Shown here piece by piece: positions 1-14,974 of a stretch of 64,000 nt of DNA (position 1 is its first letter; each line of letters starts with the position of its first letter). The notes below the pieces were generated by a model. It had not been told where the DNA came from, made no database searches, and worked only from the letters and a program-made list of their open reading frames with translations. Origin of the DNA: Octopus vulgaris (Eukaryota); assembly GCA_951406725.2 (NCBI GenBank), contig OX597838.1, positions 13,330,001-13,394,000 of the forward strand, read 5' to 3'. The translations under genes were made by a program, and so were the position numbers.

Positions 1-5
1 TACAC

Positions 6-35
<30 letters not shown>

Positions 36-44
<9 letters not shown>

Positions 45-331
45 TATAGAAGGAGCTTCTACAGGACTAGTACTGTTTCATTCAAGAGAAATCTTCAGGA
101 TTTCTTGAATGAAACTATGTCAATCCCCAACAAAGGCCGCCTGTGGTATGCAGGAAACCGACTAGGAGAGCAATGCCCATCATCGCCGCAGATGGAGGAA
201 GCAGGTTAAGGACTGGGTCGGCACCTTTGAAAGGGCATGTATTCTGCATGAAGAATTTAAGCGTGCTGCTTGAAAGCGTACTTGAATGAAACAGTACTAG
301 TCCTGTAGAAGCTCCTTCTATATAATAAATT
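36..331. mobile_element. Penelope-like/retrozyme remnant: perfect 51-bp inverted repeat (36-86 / 281-331) with two hammerhead remnants
   Basis: AATTTATTATATAGAAGGAGCTTCTACAGGACTAGTACTGTTTCATTCAAG and its exact reverse complement. Minus strand reads CUGAAGA(92-98)..GAAACAG..CUGUA. Plus strand reads AUGAAGA(248)-AUUUAAG/CUUGAAU-GAAAC..GUA(305-307). (TA)n on both sides. Confidence 0.65.
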
Positions 332-394
332 AATTTTACTCTGCTATGTATTGAGTACCTTACTTACTGTGGTTAACCCCGAATCAACCCGGGA

Positions 395-460
<66 letters not shown>

Positions 461-461
<1 letters not shown>

Positions 462-586
462 AGCCCTCGTCGTCGTAACCGGCGGAGTGCCAGATTTAAA
501 TATATTTGTAACCTCTGAAATGTGCAGCTGTCCGCTAAATGATACCGTTTAAATCTGGCACTCGGCTGGTTACGACGTCGAGGGTC
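461..586. repeat. ~38-bp imperfect inverted repeat (fold-back of a repeat fragment)
   Basis: GCCCTCGTCGTCGTAACCGGCGGAGTGCCAGATTTAAA vs TTTAAATCTGGCACTCGGCTGGTTACGACGTCGAGGGT. Confidence 0.7.
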
Positions 587-730
587 CCAGTTGTTACAAG
601 TTGGTGTTACATCATTCGTAGATAAAGTGTGACAATTAAAAGATAGTAATTTTCGGTTCGAAATTGCCTAGAATGTATTATAATTAGAAAGACATCGCCA
701 TATTCAAATTGCAGGTACGGCAGGCAGATG

Positions 731-1162
<432 letters not shown>

Positions 1163-1550
1163 GAAGAGACAGAGAAGTAATTGTGTACAGATTCTATGTA
1201 TTGAGATTAATTTTAATCTCCCGAACTCCTTGCCCTTTCACAAAGAAAGCATTACACATAACCCAAACTCAGTTTATATTTGTGGGGTTCATTTTCGTGT
1301 CTCCCTTGTGTTTTTCATATGTGCGCTAACATGTCACGACCAATCCTGTCTCATCTTTGTCTGTTCCCCTTTTGTGTGTTCCTCAAAACATCCCACTTTT
1401 TTAAAATCTAGAGGGCAGATATTGTTGGCTCTGCTATATACTATGAACACATCGGTTGTCAGCAATGCTCAAACACAGACACACACAAACACGCGCGACC
1501 GCATGTATATGTATATGTATGTATGTATGTATGTATATATATATATATAT

Positions 1551-1970
1551 ATTTCTTTATTACCCACAAGAAGGACAGACATAGGTTTTAAGTCGATTAC
1601 ATCGAATCCAGTGTGTAACTGGTACTTAATTTATCGACCCCGAAAGGATGAAAGGCAAAGTCGACCTCGGCGGAATTTGAACTCACAACATAACGGCAGA
1701 CGAAATGCCTATTTCTTTATTACCCACAAGGGGCTAAACACAGAGGGGACAAAGAAGGACAGACATAGGTATTAAGTCGATTACATCGAATCCAGTGTGT
1801 AACTGGTACTTAATTTATCGACCCCGAAAGGATGAAAGGCAAAGTCGACCTCGGCGGAATTTGAACTCACAACGTAACGGCAGACGAAATACCTATTTCT
1901 TTATTACCCACAAGGGGCTAAACACAGAGGGGACAAAGAAGGACAGACATAGGTATTAAGTCGATTACAT
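1551..1970 (-). mobile_element. SINE family B, head-less tandem array (~2.3 units)
   Basis: Repeats of the family-B body joined at GAAAT(G/A)CC|TATTTC, the same junction as in the 16377 array. Confidence 0.9.
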
Positions 1971-1988
1971 ATACATATATACGTATAT

Positions 1989-2930
1989 ACATATATACGA
2001 CGGGCTTCTTTCAGTTTCCGTCTACCAAATCCACTCACAAGGCTTTGGTCGGTCCGGGGCTATAGCGGAAGACACTTGCCCAAGATGCCACGCAATGGGA
2101 CTGAACCCGGAACCAAGTGGTTGGTAAACAAGCTACTTACCACACAGCCACTCCTACACCTGTATGTTCTCTTTCTGTTTTTTTTGTTTTTTTTTTAATT
2201 TAGAATACCTTGTCTTAACCACCACCCTGTAAATCCTAAGAAAGTTTTCCAGATTTTTACAGTCTCAGATATCGTGATCATTTGTAGCATCCTATGTATT
2301 TACTCTTTTACTCTTTTACTTGTTTCAGTCATTTGACTGCGGCCATGCTGGAGCACCGCCTTTAGTTGAGAAAATCGACCCCGGGACTTATTCTTTGTAA
2401 GCCCAGTACTTATTCTATCGGTCTCTTTTGCCGAACCGCTAAGTTACGGGGACGTAAACACACCAGCATCGGTTGTCAAGCAATGCTAGGGGGACAAACA
2501 CAGACACACAAACACACACACACACACACACTTATATATATATACATATATACGACAGGCTTCTTTCAGTTTCCGTCTACCAAATCCACTCACAAGGCTT
2601 TGGTCGGCCCGGGGCTATAGCAGAAGACACTTGCCCAAGATGCCACGCAGTGGGACTGAACCCGGAACCATGTGGTTGGTTAACAAGCTACTTACCACAC
2701 AGCCACTCCTACTCTTTTACTCTTTTACTTGTTTCAGTCATTTGACTGCGGCCATGCTGGAGCACCGCCTTTAATCGAGCAACTCGACCCCGGGACTTAT
2801 TCTTTTGTAAGCCCAGTACTTATTCTATCGGTCTCTTTTGCCGAACCGCTAAGTAACGGGGACGTAAACACACCAGCATCGGTTGTCAAGCAATGCTAGG
2901 GGGACAAACACAGACACACAAACACACACA

Positions 2931-2979
<49 letters not shown>

Positions 2980-3140
2980 GACGGGCTTCTTTCAGTTTCC
3001 GTCTACCAAATCCACTCACAAGGCATTGGTCGGTCCGGGGCTATAGCGGAAGACACTTGCCCAAGATGCCACGCAATGGGACTGAACCCGGAACCATGTG
3101 GTTGGTAAACAAGCTACTTACCACACAGCCACTCCTACAC
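1989..3140 (-). mobile_element. SINE family A cluster: 5' half (1989-2160) and two tandem full copies (2301-2712, 2711-3140)
   Basis: tRNA-like head (A box TGGCTGTGTGG, B box GGTTCAGTCCC on minus), internal (TA)n(TG)n, (GTAAAAGA)n tail. Confidence 0.92.
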
Positions 3141-3459
3141 CTGTATGTTCTTTTTCTGTTTTTTTTTTGTTTTTTTTTTAAATTTAGAATACCTTGTCTT
3201 AACCACCACCCTGTAAATCCTAAGAAAGTCTTCCAGATTTTTACAGTCTCAGATATCGTGATCATTTGTAGTATCCTATGTATGTATGTTTTCCCTTTGA
3301 GTTTTATCTAAGTTCTTCTTGAGAGAGTTCAAGCCGATCGCTAACTAATTGACCAGGCTTTTTGAGTTAAGGAAGTTTCCGGTGTTTGTAAGTATGTGGT
3401 GGGGGGTTGGTGCGTTGGTGGAACTGCCGATGAATATGTCTTTTATTCTTGTCTTTTAG

Positions 3460-3664
3460 TCTTTTACTTGTTTCAGTCATTTGACTGTGGCCATGCTGGA
3501 GCACCGCCTTTAGTCGATCGAGCAAATCGACCCCAGGACTTATTCTTTGTAATCCTAGTACTTGTTCTATCAGTCTCTTTTGCCGAACCGCTAAGTTACA
3601 GGGACGTAAAAACACCAGCACCGGTTGTCAAACGATGTTGGGGGACAAACACAAAGACACACGA

Positions 3665-3753
<89 letters not shown>

Positions 3754-4160
3754 GACGGGCTTCTTTCAGTTTCCGCCTCTACCAAATCCACTCACAAGTC
3801 TTTGGTCGGCCCGAGACTACAGTAGAAGACACTTGCCCAAGGTGCCACGTAGTGGGACTGAACCCGGAACTATATGGTTCGTAAGCAAGCTACTTACCAC
3901 GCAGCCACTCCTACGCCTATGTATGTATCCTTTTCTTTGATTCTTTTACTTGTTTCAGCCATTTTGACGGCGGCCATGCTGGAGCAGCGCCTTAAAGGGG
4001 TTTTTAGTCGAAAAAATCGATCCCAGGACTTATCTTCTGTAAGCCTAGTACTTATTCTATCGGTCTCTTTTACCGAACCGCTAAGTTACGGGGACTTAAA
4101 CATACTAATATCGGTTATCAGACGATGGTGGGAAGACGGACACAGCCACAAAGACGCACA
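3460..4160 (-). mobile_element. SINE family A full copy (3460-3918) plus older 3' half (3941-4160)
   Basis: Similarity to other family-A copies. Confidence 0.88.
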
Positions 4161-4194
4161 CATAGCCTGCGCCTATGTATGTATGTATGTATGC

Positions 4195-4297
4195 CATTAT
4201 TCAGTTTAATTGAAGATTTCTTGCTAATAGAGAAAGAACCGGTTTCTAACCTAGATCCAAGGCTCCTTCATTGGAATTTCAACATGAACAACAGGGT
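4195..4297 (-). mobile_element. Short 3' tail of an R4/Dong-like LINE family inside (TATG)n
   Basis: GGTTTCTAACCTAGATCCAAGGCTCC resembles GGTTTCCAACAAAGATACAAGGCTCC at ~19942-19967; (TATG)n on both sides. Confidence 0.5.
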
Positions 4298-4303
4298 ACT
4301 TTT

Positions 4304-4432
4304 GTTTGTATGTATGTATGTATGTATGTATGTTTGTATGTATGTATGTATGTATGTATGTATGTATGCATGCATGCATGTATATATGTATATATGTATG
4401 TATGTTTGTATGTATGTATGTATGTATGTTTG

Positions 4433-4463
<31 letters not shown>

Positions 4464-4568
4464 TCATGTTTGTATGTATGCATGTATGTATGTATGTATG
4501 TATGTATGTATGTATGTATGCATGTATGTATATATGTATGTATGTATGTATGTATGTTTGTATGTATG

Positions 4569-4601
<33 letters not shown>

Positions 4602-4690
4602 TTGTATGTATGTATGCATGTATGTATGCATGTATGTATGCATGTATGTATGTATGCATGTGCATGCATGCATGTATGTATGTATGTATG

Positions 4691-4719
<29 letters not shown>
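4304..4719. repeat. (TATG)n microsatellite
   Basis: Direct reading. Confidence 0.95.
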
Positions 4720-4722
<3 letters not shown>

Positions 4723-4805
4723 CAATGGACATGAATTAGAATAAGAACATTATAATAAACGACTGAAGAACGAATATGTAGTGCGCGTGTTTATTTGACA
4801 AAAAA

Positions 4806-5025
4806 GGCGGCGAGCTGGCAGAAGCGGTAGCACGCTGGGCGAAATGCTGAGCGGTATTTCGTCTGCCGCTACGTTCTGAGTTCAAATTCCGCCGAGGTCA
4901 ACTTTGCCTTTCATCCTTTCGGGGTCGATTAAATAAGTACCAGTTACGCACTGGGGTCGAATTATCGACTTTACTCGTTTGTCTGTCCTCTCTGTGTTTG
5001 GCCCCTTGTGGGTGGTAAAGAAATA
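4806..5025 (+). mobile_element. SINE family B, full monomer with ~17-bp TSD
   Basis: GGCGGCGAGCTGGCAGAA head, GAGTTCAAATTCC B box, AAAGAAATA end; GTTTATTTGACAAAAAA duplicated at 4789-4805 and 5026-5042. Confidence 0.92.
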
Positions 5026-5406
5026 GTTTATTTGACAAAAAAAATTGACAGTCTCGAAATACAATATGTGTGTGTGTGTGTGAGTGTGTATGTGTGTGTG
5101 TGTGTATGTGTGTAATCATATATGTTATATACGCCAAATGGGCCAACAGCTGGGACAAAAGCACATAGAGTGGTGATATGAAACACCCCAGACTGAGGGA
5201 ATCAACAAAACCACGGCGGTACTCGAGCATAAACGCAGCCGCATGGCTGGAATGAATAAAAGAATAAAATATATTTATATACATACACACACATACATAT
5301 ATATATATATATGAATATATATGTGTGAGTATATATATATACATAAATATGTATGTATATATAAATACATAAATACATACACCCATATATATGTGTATGT
5401 ATGTAT

Positions 5407-5800
5407 GTATATTTCTCCCATCTCACCCATACAAAATACTCCATCCCTAAGTCTCAAACCCCGCCCTCCATAGACAAAGTCACCCTCATCCGCATCCGCA
5501 CCCATAAAATTTCCCACCCCCGCATGATTCTCACTGCATCCGCCACACCCACCTTGCTCTCCCCATCTCTTACCACACGCACCTCCATACTACGCTCCTC
5601 CATCGCATTGTCCAACGTGCATTTTGAATTCTCATATCCTTTATCTCTCCAAACCATCCTTCCATCATTAAAAAGGCGCTTGTAACCCTTACGTGACCAA
5701 CTCGCCCATCGTCCCTCCCTGCTCCCCAGTCCCGCTTGCACCCTGGGTCCCTTACTTACCGTCGCTCCTGTTGTCACACTTGTCCCTTCCCCTTCAACAC
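5407..5800 (-). mobile_element. Possible degraded non-LTR retrotransposon (Tx1/L1-like) fragment
   Basis: Purine-rich minus strand with W/R/G-rich reading frames; no diagnostic motif recognised. Confidence 0.25.
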
Positions 5801-5878
5801 CACCGAACCCAGCCACCACTTTCTGTCTCAGTCTCTCCCTCTCTCTGTACACACACACAAACATATATACATATATAC

Positions 5879-5911
<33 letters not shown>

Positions 5912-5913
<2 letters not shown>

Positions 5914-6261
5914 CGAGAAAGAAGCAACAAGAATGGATTAGATTTTAGTACAATTGTTTCATACAAAGACAGGCTTTATTAAAAGTTGCAAATATTGCAG
6001 CAGATAAAAGTGTCCCGTACTCATCAGCTAAAACACATATGAGTTCTCCAAACATCTTAGTGGGTGAGGCTACACTCATGAAGTATCGGAGATAATTTCA
6101 TAAAAAGCAAATTCAGGTTGTAAACAGACTTCCAAAGTTCTTTAATGATGATGCACAGCCCTATCACAGGTTTTAAAAAAGCATATTAGCTTCACAGAGA
6201 AAGTGAATCAATCCATAGTGTAAAAACTAAAAACTAATCCATTCTTGTTGCTTCTTTCTCG
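5912..6261 (-). mobile_element. Penelope-like remnant with 29-bp inverted repeat and minimal hammerhead-like motif
   Basis: ACGAGAAAGAAGCAACAAGAATGGATTAG (5912-5941) inverted at 6233-6261; minus CUGAUGA-GUAC-GGGAC at ~6012-6027 (GAAA mutated); (TA)n flanks. Confidence 0.5.
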
Positions 6262-6379
6262 TTTATAATCACCCCACATTATTGTATGGTTAACACCATA
6301 TAGTTTTTCTGGTGCATCTAAGTTAAGTACCATATTCAAGTGAATTCACTAGAACTGACTTGAATCTTAATTGCTTTTA

Positions 6380-6454
<75 letters not shown>

Positions 6455-6562
6455 TATATAAAAATACAAAAAATGGGACAAGAACGCAAAATACACAAAT
6501 AGACGACACAAAAAACGACGGGTCATTCGAAGCCTCTAATCTTCAGTCAGGAACCGGATCAT

Positions 6563-6606
<44 letters not shown>

Positions 6607-6702
6607 ATAAAAATCGTAAGACAACAAAAGAAAGAAAGAGACCTTCATATTATGTAAATAGAGGAATTTATCTGTAAATGTAATATGTGACAATTATTCA
6701 GT

Positions 6703-6774
6703 AGCCATGATAAAACTCCGAGTTTCGGATGCCGATGTGGAAATCCACGCCACCATCTCTTCAGTTATCTGGCC
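6703..6774 (-). ncRNA. Type I hammerhead ribozyme, inside (TA)n-flanked element 6603-6884
   Basis: GGCCAGAUAA-CUGAAGA-stem II (GAUG..GUGGA/UCCAC..CAUC)-GAAA-CUCGGAG-UU-UUAUCAUGGCU; 30-bp inverted repeat 6669-6698 / 6855-6884. Confidence 0.75.
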
Positions 6775-6879
6775 ATCGGAAAAATGCTATGAAAAATGAT
6801 CGTTATACAAAGGGAAATTACTGTGTGATTGACCGTTATCAAGACAAAAGAGCTAATAATTGTCACATATTACATTTAC

Positions 6880-6958
<79 letters not shown>

Positions 6959-6959
<1 letters not shown>

Positions 6960-7000
6960 TAGCAGTAATACCCGTCGTTGATCAGGGCGTTACTTTTACT
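6959..7000 (-). mobile_element. Helitron 3' terminus (5' extent unclear)
   Basis: Minus strand CCC-TGATCAACGAC-GGG hairpin followed by TATTACTGCTAG|T. Confidence 0.5.
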
Positions 7001-7417
7001 GTTTCTCGGGGGCCACATTCAAAGTATTGTCATATTATTTCCTCCTCCTGTATGTATGTATTTTTATAAGAGAAAAATATGTTATAATTGAGGAAGAAAA
7101 AAGATCAATTTCATGCATGAACTTCTGTTTGTTTATTATATGATAATAATAAGTGAGTTGTATGTGTTATTTTATTTATCAATACAGTAATGGCAATCAT
7201 ATAATATAATAAGTTTATTCAATAGCATATTATTAATGCTGTGTACAGCAACATATATATAGAGGATTCTTTCAGTTTCCGTCTACCAAATCCACTCACA
7301 AGGCTTTGGTTGGCCCGAAGCTATATATATATATATATATAAAATTATGCTAGATCACTGATTTTAAGTTGATATTAATCAAATTATTATTCAATTTTTC
7401 ACCCTTATTATTTAAAA

Positions 7418-7452
<35 letters not shown>

Positions 7453-7668
7453 TAATGTAGGATAAAAATTTTTTTCGGGAAAAAAATTTTGTCAATGGCC
7501 AGCATATCAAAAAATACCTTTAAAGGTTAAATTTATAAATAATTTACAAAATTAGGGCGAAAGAAAAATTCTAATGCCAAATATGCCGAAGAAAAGACAA
7601 AAATTGTCAATAACCATTATAATTTATGCGTCTCGAAACAAACCGATAGAAATTTCTAAAAAATCCGT

Positions 7669-7734
7669 TATTACCGTATTGGTCCCAATTTCGGGGTTAA
7701 TTCATAAGAATTTTCCCTTCTTCAGCGACAAATA
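7669..7734 (-). ncRNA. Type I hammerhead ribozyme
   Basis: UAUUUGUCG-CUGAAGA-AGGGAAAAUUC/GAAUUAACCCC-GAAA-UUG GGAC CAA-UA-CGGUAAUA; element 7451-7750 lies between (TA)n tracts. Confidence 0.7.
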
Positions 7735-7745
7735 CGTGAGATATA

Positions 7746-7841
<96 letters not shown>

Positions 7842-8554
7842 TTCAAATGTTCAAAAAACAAAAACAGGGAAAAGAGACAGATGAGGGTACAAATAAGATA
7901 TGTTGGTTTGACCCTTTGGGAAAATGGAAAAGTCTTTGACGTTTCAGTCTTAGATACCAGATAGGGATTCAGAGAATCGTGCAGCATACATATATATAAA
8001 TTGCAAACGTTCACACATAATTTCTTGCATACTGAAACTAATGCTACATGAAGAAGGCTGCGAAACGGCCGTAACCCTATGGAAGTGACGTAGTTAAATA
8101 AATATTTATTCACTTCTCGAAACTCCTGACTTGTTTACAATGTGTGTGTGTGTGTATGTGTGTGTGTGTGTATGTGTGTGTGTGTGTATGTGTGTGTGTG
8201 TGTATGTGTGTGTGTGTGTGTTAAGGCGCGTAGCCTATCAGTTACGGTGTGAACACGGATCTTTTAAATATTATTGTTCTTAAATTTGACAGAAACGGGG
8301 GAGTTTGGTTCGCTGGTGTAAAGGTAACACACTTACTCGCGTTAACAAAAGGATGTTGGTTCGACTTCCACGCGGATAAGAAAGCCTTCTTTTTTCTGTC
8401 GAGGGCTTATATACCCCTTTATTAGACTATTTTTCTTAGTCATTGCACGGTGATCGCTTTAAGCTTATTTAAAAATGCCATTATCGTTATTTACAGGATT
8501 GTAAAATATGGCGCCGTATAAAAAGCAATTCGCACCGAAAGAGTATATATATAA

Positions 8555-8754
8555 ATCCTTTAAAATGTTTTAGCCCGAAGGCCGCGGCCATGCTGGGGCA
8601 CCACCGCTGAATGAGCTACACTAATATGTGAATCCACCTCTGATACGTGGCACTTGGTCAACAAGGAAGTTCGATGCCGCTACCCGCATCTCTGTCTCCT
8701 GTCGTAAGGTAGGTTCATTTGGGACCCCCGACAAGAAGAGATCCAGTTTAGTTT
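8555..8754 (-). mobile_element. CR1-like LINE 3' end fragment
   Basis: Encodes KLDLFLSGVPNEPTLRQETEMRVAASN; same tail as 21445-21960. Confidence 0.8.
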
Positions 8755-8761
8755 ATATAAT

Positions 8762-9963
8762 TATTCAAAATAATCTTAAGGTAGGATAATGAAATTTGGC
8801 ACACACATTCTAATGTGAATTGTTAATCCATTGCAGTAATTCAATTTCAAAATGACCACCTTTCACCTTGACCATAGCCTGCAAACGAGTGGTCACTGAA
8901 TTGCATCCAACTTGACCCATGAAGACGAAAGGGCGTTCTTCAGATCTGACACATTTGAACAGGAGCGAGCAGAAACATTACTCTCTATGATGGACTAGAT
9001 AGTAATGTCCATGGGATTGATGTCTGGACTTGAGGCAGGCCATATCGTCTTGTCCCCAAAACCGCTGAAATGTTCTTTGCACCACCTCTGAGTCCAAATT
9101 AGAAGTGTGGGCCAGAGTCCTTGTCTTGAGTGTAGATGTAACAGTCAGCAAAAGTTTCTGTGACCCAGGGTAACACTTTCTCATCCAATATTTCCACATA
9201 AACTTCACCGTTGACCTTGACACCAGCATCGATGAAGATCAAGGGCGACTTGGATCCATCAGATGCAACTGCGGCCCACACCATGAGTGAAGCTGGTTTC
9301 TAACATTGTAAATGACTCCTGCTATTTTCGGGCAACTCTTCTGCATTACGTGCATTAAACCTGTCATTCTGCCTGTTGGTAACTGCCTCCACGGTGAAGA
9401 TCTCGTCGGGCTAAGTCAACACTTTGTTAGCGGCGCACTTCATCTCAGCTAACATGGTTTTCACCCCTGTCGAGTCGTTTCTTCTAGGAAGCTGCTGAAA
9501 TTAACTGCCGGGATTATTTCTTGTCTGCAGTTAACTTTAAATCCTCTTTAAAAAATCCTGAGTATTGAGGATTTCGAAATACCAAAGAGCTTTTGCAGTT
9601 TTTCTTGCAGTTTTTCTTGCACTCCTTTGGAGATTTTTTCACAGCTTCAACAGTTTGTTTGGTACGAATTGGCTTGCTAGAAGTAGTAGCTGACTCCATA
9701 TATTTTTTCAGCTATCAAACACTGTTTTATGGCACATATTCAACTGTTTTGTTATGCCCTTGTTGCTCATTCCACCTGTTTTCAAAGCCACAATCTGGTT
9801 ACGTTTTGCTTTCGACGCTAAGTTTATTTACAAACCTGTTATAGGCGAACGAAACAATAGACTCACGAACAAAAGACATACGCAAATGTTTACGTAAAAT
9901 TATATTACCTGAACCGATAGTCTTGAGAAAAAGTTTTAAACATGGCTAAATCTTGCTGAGACA
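8762..9963 (-). pseudogene. Decayed Tc1/mariner-superfamily transposase, maT/DD37D-like
   Basis: MVWAAVASDGKSPLIFIDAGVKVNGEVYVEILDEKVLPW..TQD..FWGQD..WPASSPDINPMD-type motifs with frameshifts and stops; boundaries approximate. Confidence 0.85.
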
Positions 9964-9973
9964 CATATATAAC

Positions 9974-10043
<70 letters not shown>

Positions 10044-10139
10044 TCAGCAAGATTTATATACATATATATATACATACATACATACATACACACACACATA
10101 CATACAAACACACACACATACATACATTCATACATACAT

Positions 10140-10350
<211 letters not shown>

Positions 10351-10683
10351 TAGATATATAGATATATATAGATGTGTGTATTTCTCCCTTGTTAACAATT
10401 AACACGGGAAAAATATATAAATATAGTGTCATTGAAAAAAAAAATATATATATATATATAAATAGTTGCCAGGGTAGCAAAAAATCACACAAGTAAAAAG
10501 GTTTTTGCAGAAAAATTTATCGCCGACAGATTTTTCTGCAAAATATGCGCGGTTTATCCTGTTCATGCTATATTATTACCATTTTCCTGCGTTTGAGAAT
10601 AAAATTATTTCCTTATCTTTCGATACATATCAATGCTTCTAAAACAGACGTTGTTTGTTGACTTTCAGCGTAAGTTGAATTTA

Positions 10684-10725
<42 letters not shown>

Positions 10726-10755
10726 ACATATGTGTGTGTGTGTGTATATATATAT

Positions 10756-11163
10756 ACTCTTTTACTCTTTTACTTGTTTCAGTCATTTGACTGCGGCCAA
10801 GCTGGAGCACCGCCTTTAGTCGAGCAAATCGACCCCGGGACTTATTCTTTTGTAAGCCCCAGTACTTATTCTATCGGTCTCTTTTTGCCGAACCGCTAAG
10901 TGACGGGGATGTAAACACACCAGCATCGGTTGTCAAGCAATGTTAGGGGGACAAACACAGACACACAAACACACAGATATATAGATATATATATATACAT
11001 ATATACGACAGGCTTCTTTCAGTTTCCGTCTACCGAATCCACTCACAAGGCTTTGGTCGGCCCAGGGCTATAGCAGAAGACACTTGCCCAAGATGCCACG
11101 CAGTGGATTGAACCCGGAACCATGTGGTTGGTTAGCAAGCTACTTACCACACAGTCACTCCTG
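10756..11163 (-). mobile_element. SINE family A
   Basis: Full-length family match. Confidence 0.92.
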
Positions 11164-11192
11164 CTGTGTATATATGTATGTATATATGTATG

Positions 11193-11267
<75 letters not shown>

Positions 11268-11274
11268 ATATATG

Positions 11275-11600
<326 letters not shown>

Positions 11601-11616
11601 GTATATATACATATAA

Positions 11617-11665
11617 CTAGCTGAGCTACCCTGCCGGTAATACCCGGGAGCGGGGATATTCCCAC
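11617..11665 (-). mobile_element. Probable Helitron 3' terminus
   Basis: Minus strand GC hairpin CCGG-GTATTA-CCGG then ..GCTCAGCTAG|T. Confidence 0.4.
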
Positions 11666-11932
11666 CACCCATTCTATTACAATGCCTAATTTCTCTGCTG
11701 ACGGAAAATGAAACCAAGACGTAGGACAGATAATAGAAGGCGTCAGCAAATTCATTCACAAAACAATAATATAAATAAATAAATACGTATGAAATCGGAA
11801 AATGACAATCGTTTGGTCAGGTGAGTGGAAGCTACAGGTGTATAATCAATGGAAACATCAAGAATTTTAGAGGAGCGCTACGAAAAAAAAAAAGAATTTA
11901 AGAGTTTGAAAAGTAAACAAAAAATTATTTAG

Positions 11933-12342
11933 AGGTGCAGGAGTGGCTGTGTGGTAAGTAGCTTGCTAACCAACCACATGGTTCCGGGTTCAGTCCCACT
12001 GCGTGGCATCTTGGGCAAGTGTCTTCTGCTATAGCCCCGGGCCGACCAATGCCCTGTGAGTGGATATGGTAGACGGAAACTGAAAAGAAGCCTGTCGTAT
12101 ATATGTATATATATATGTGTGTGTTTGTGTGTCTGTGGATGTCCCCCTAGCATTGCTTGACAACCGATGCTGGTGTGTTTACGTCCCCGTCACTTAGCTG
12201 TTCGGCAAAAGAGACCGATAGAATAAGTACTGGGCTTACAAAAAGAATAAGTCCCGGGGTCGATTTGCTCGACTAAAGGCGGTGCTCCAGCATGGCCGCA
12301 GTCAAATGACTGAAACAAGTAAAAGAGTAAAGAGTAAAGAGT
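11933..12342 (+). mobile_element. SINE family A
   Basis: Full-length family match. Confidence 0.92.
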
Positions 12343-12371
12343 ATATATATGTGTGTGTGTGTATGTATGTT

Positions 12372-12407
<36 letters not shown>

Positions 12408-12412
12408 CATAT

Positions 12413-12471
<59 letters not shown>

Positions 12472-12512
12472 TACATATATAATTAATATAAATTTATTAT
12501 CAGGAAACACAA

Positions 12513-12543
<31 letters not shown>

Positions 12544-12879
12544 CATAGATTAATTCATATCCACACGCTCAAGTCCAGATCCAAACAAACACGACACTAA
12601 AGCAAACAAATTTTATTTACCGAAAAAGGGGCCGTTCAATAAAGGGGTCCAGGTTAAATATCACTGGCCCCCCACGCGCCCACTCTCCCTACACGGCCAT
12701 TCCACCCCACCCCACCTCTCCGCTTCATTAATTTCTCCCTTTATGTGACAAGATGAAACAATATCGTGTGGTGACAAGCACAGGGTTCTCTTCTGATCGA
12801 GTTCACCCAAGTACTTATTGGTGCTGTGTGTATGTGCGTGTATCATCGCGTGCGTCTGTGCGTATGTATGTATGTATGT

Positions 12880-12920
<41 letters not shown>

Positions 12921-13149
12921 CGTGTGTTTGTTGAGCGTGTGTTGTGTGCAGATGGAAGAAAATCGTACACTTTGGACAAACGTCTCGAACGTAGCCTTCC
13001 TCAGCAGCAGCAGCAGCAGCAGAAGTAGCAGCACTAACATCTTCTTCTTCTTCTTCTTCTTCTTCTTCTATATATATATATACTTATATATATATATATA
13101 TACTTATATATATATATAAGTATATATATATATATATTTATAAGTATAT

Positions 13150-13269
<120 letters not shown>

Positions 13270-13324
13270 TATAATACATATATCTATCTATCATATTCTC
13301 TTTATATATTCTCTTTATGTATAC

Positions 13325-13357
<33 letters not shown>

Positions 13358-13367
13358 TGTATGTATA

Positions 13368-13709
13368 AAGGGTAAAGACCCCCTTCGGTCATGAATGACC
13401 ATGGGATTGCACCTAGAAAGTTACCCTCCTAGTCACAAGTCTGGGCAAGGTGGTTTATGGAAGACCAGCAGTCGCCCATGCATACCAGCCTCCCCTCTCC
13501 ACGCCACCAGTGTTATCCAAGGGAAAGACAAAGGTCGATACAGCTTGGCACCAGTGACGTCGCAACTCATTTCTACAGCTGAGTGAACTGGAGCAACGTG
13601 AAATAAAGTGCCTTGCTCAAGAACACAACACGCAGCCCGGTCCGGGATTCGAGCTCACAACCTCACGATCGTAAGCTCGACGCTCTAACCACTGAGCCAT
13701 GCGCCTTCG
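13368..13709 (-). mobile_element. SINE family C (tRNA-derived)
   Basis: Reverse complement of 28378-28724. Confidence 0.92.
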
Positions 13710-13710
13710 C

Positions 13711-13863
<153 letters not shown>

Positions 13864-13934
13864 ATGTACACTTATATATATATATATCTCATGGAATCGA
13901 CCTCCTCAATCATCATCAGTCAACATCTCTTCTA

Positions 13935-13982
<48 letters not shown>

Positions 13983-14096
13983 GCTATCTCAAGGAATTTA
14001 CCTCCTACAGGTCACAAAGGTCGCCAAAAACCTCAACAAACTATCATCTACACCTCTCACAACTCACACACACCCACTCGAAACCCCATCATTTGC

Positions 14097-14203
<107 letters not shown>

Positions 14204-14342
14204 TATTGAAATGGATAAATGAATTATCTTGTTAAGGATTATTCAAAATATATATATATATATAAATATATATAAATATATAAATATATACATATTATAA
14301 ATATATACATATACACAATGATAACTGTATAATAATATATCA

Positions 14343-14385
<43 letters not shown>

Positions 14386-14642
14386 TAATAATAACTATAA
14401 TATGTGTGCGTGTGATTTCAAATCGGTCATTTCAAAATTAACCGAAATGTCGATAATGCTTCGTTATCTCTTCAACGCGCCAAAAAGATAACGAAAGATT
14501 TGCGATCGTTCTTGTGTTTGTCGATTTTTATCTGACGATGAATACATTCGCTCTTACATAGTTGTTTTTTATTGTGTACTCGCTTATGTTTGACCGTATA
14601 TTTCTGTTATCACTAAACACACACACAGAGACAGACAGACAA

Positions 14643-14758
<116 letters not shown>

Positions 14759-14815
14759 CACACACACACACATACACAAACACACACACATACAAACACA
14801 CACACACAAACAAAC

Positions 14816-14867
<52 letters not shown>

Positions 14868-14872
14868 ACACA

Positions 14873-14921
<49 letters not shown>

Positions 14922-14974
14922 ACATATTAGTTCAAGAATCTCTTTTGTTGTAACTTTGCCTCCCACCCAAGTGA

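Noticed and set aside
2366-2745. Recurrent ORFs MSSNARGTNTDTQ.. and ..WYLIYRPRKDERQSRPRRNLNS
   Set aside because: Antisense translations of non-coding SINE families A and B.
9947-10057. 17-bp inverted repeat across a TA/TG tract as a mini-transposon
   Set aside because: Encloses only microsatellite; more likely a local fold-back of the neighbouring mariner end.
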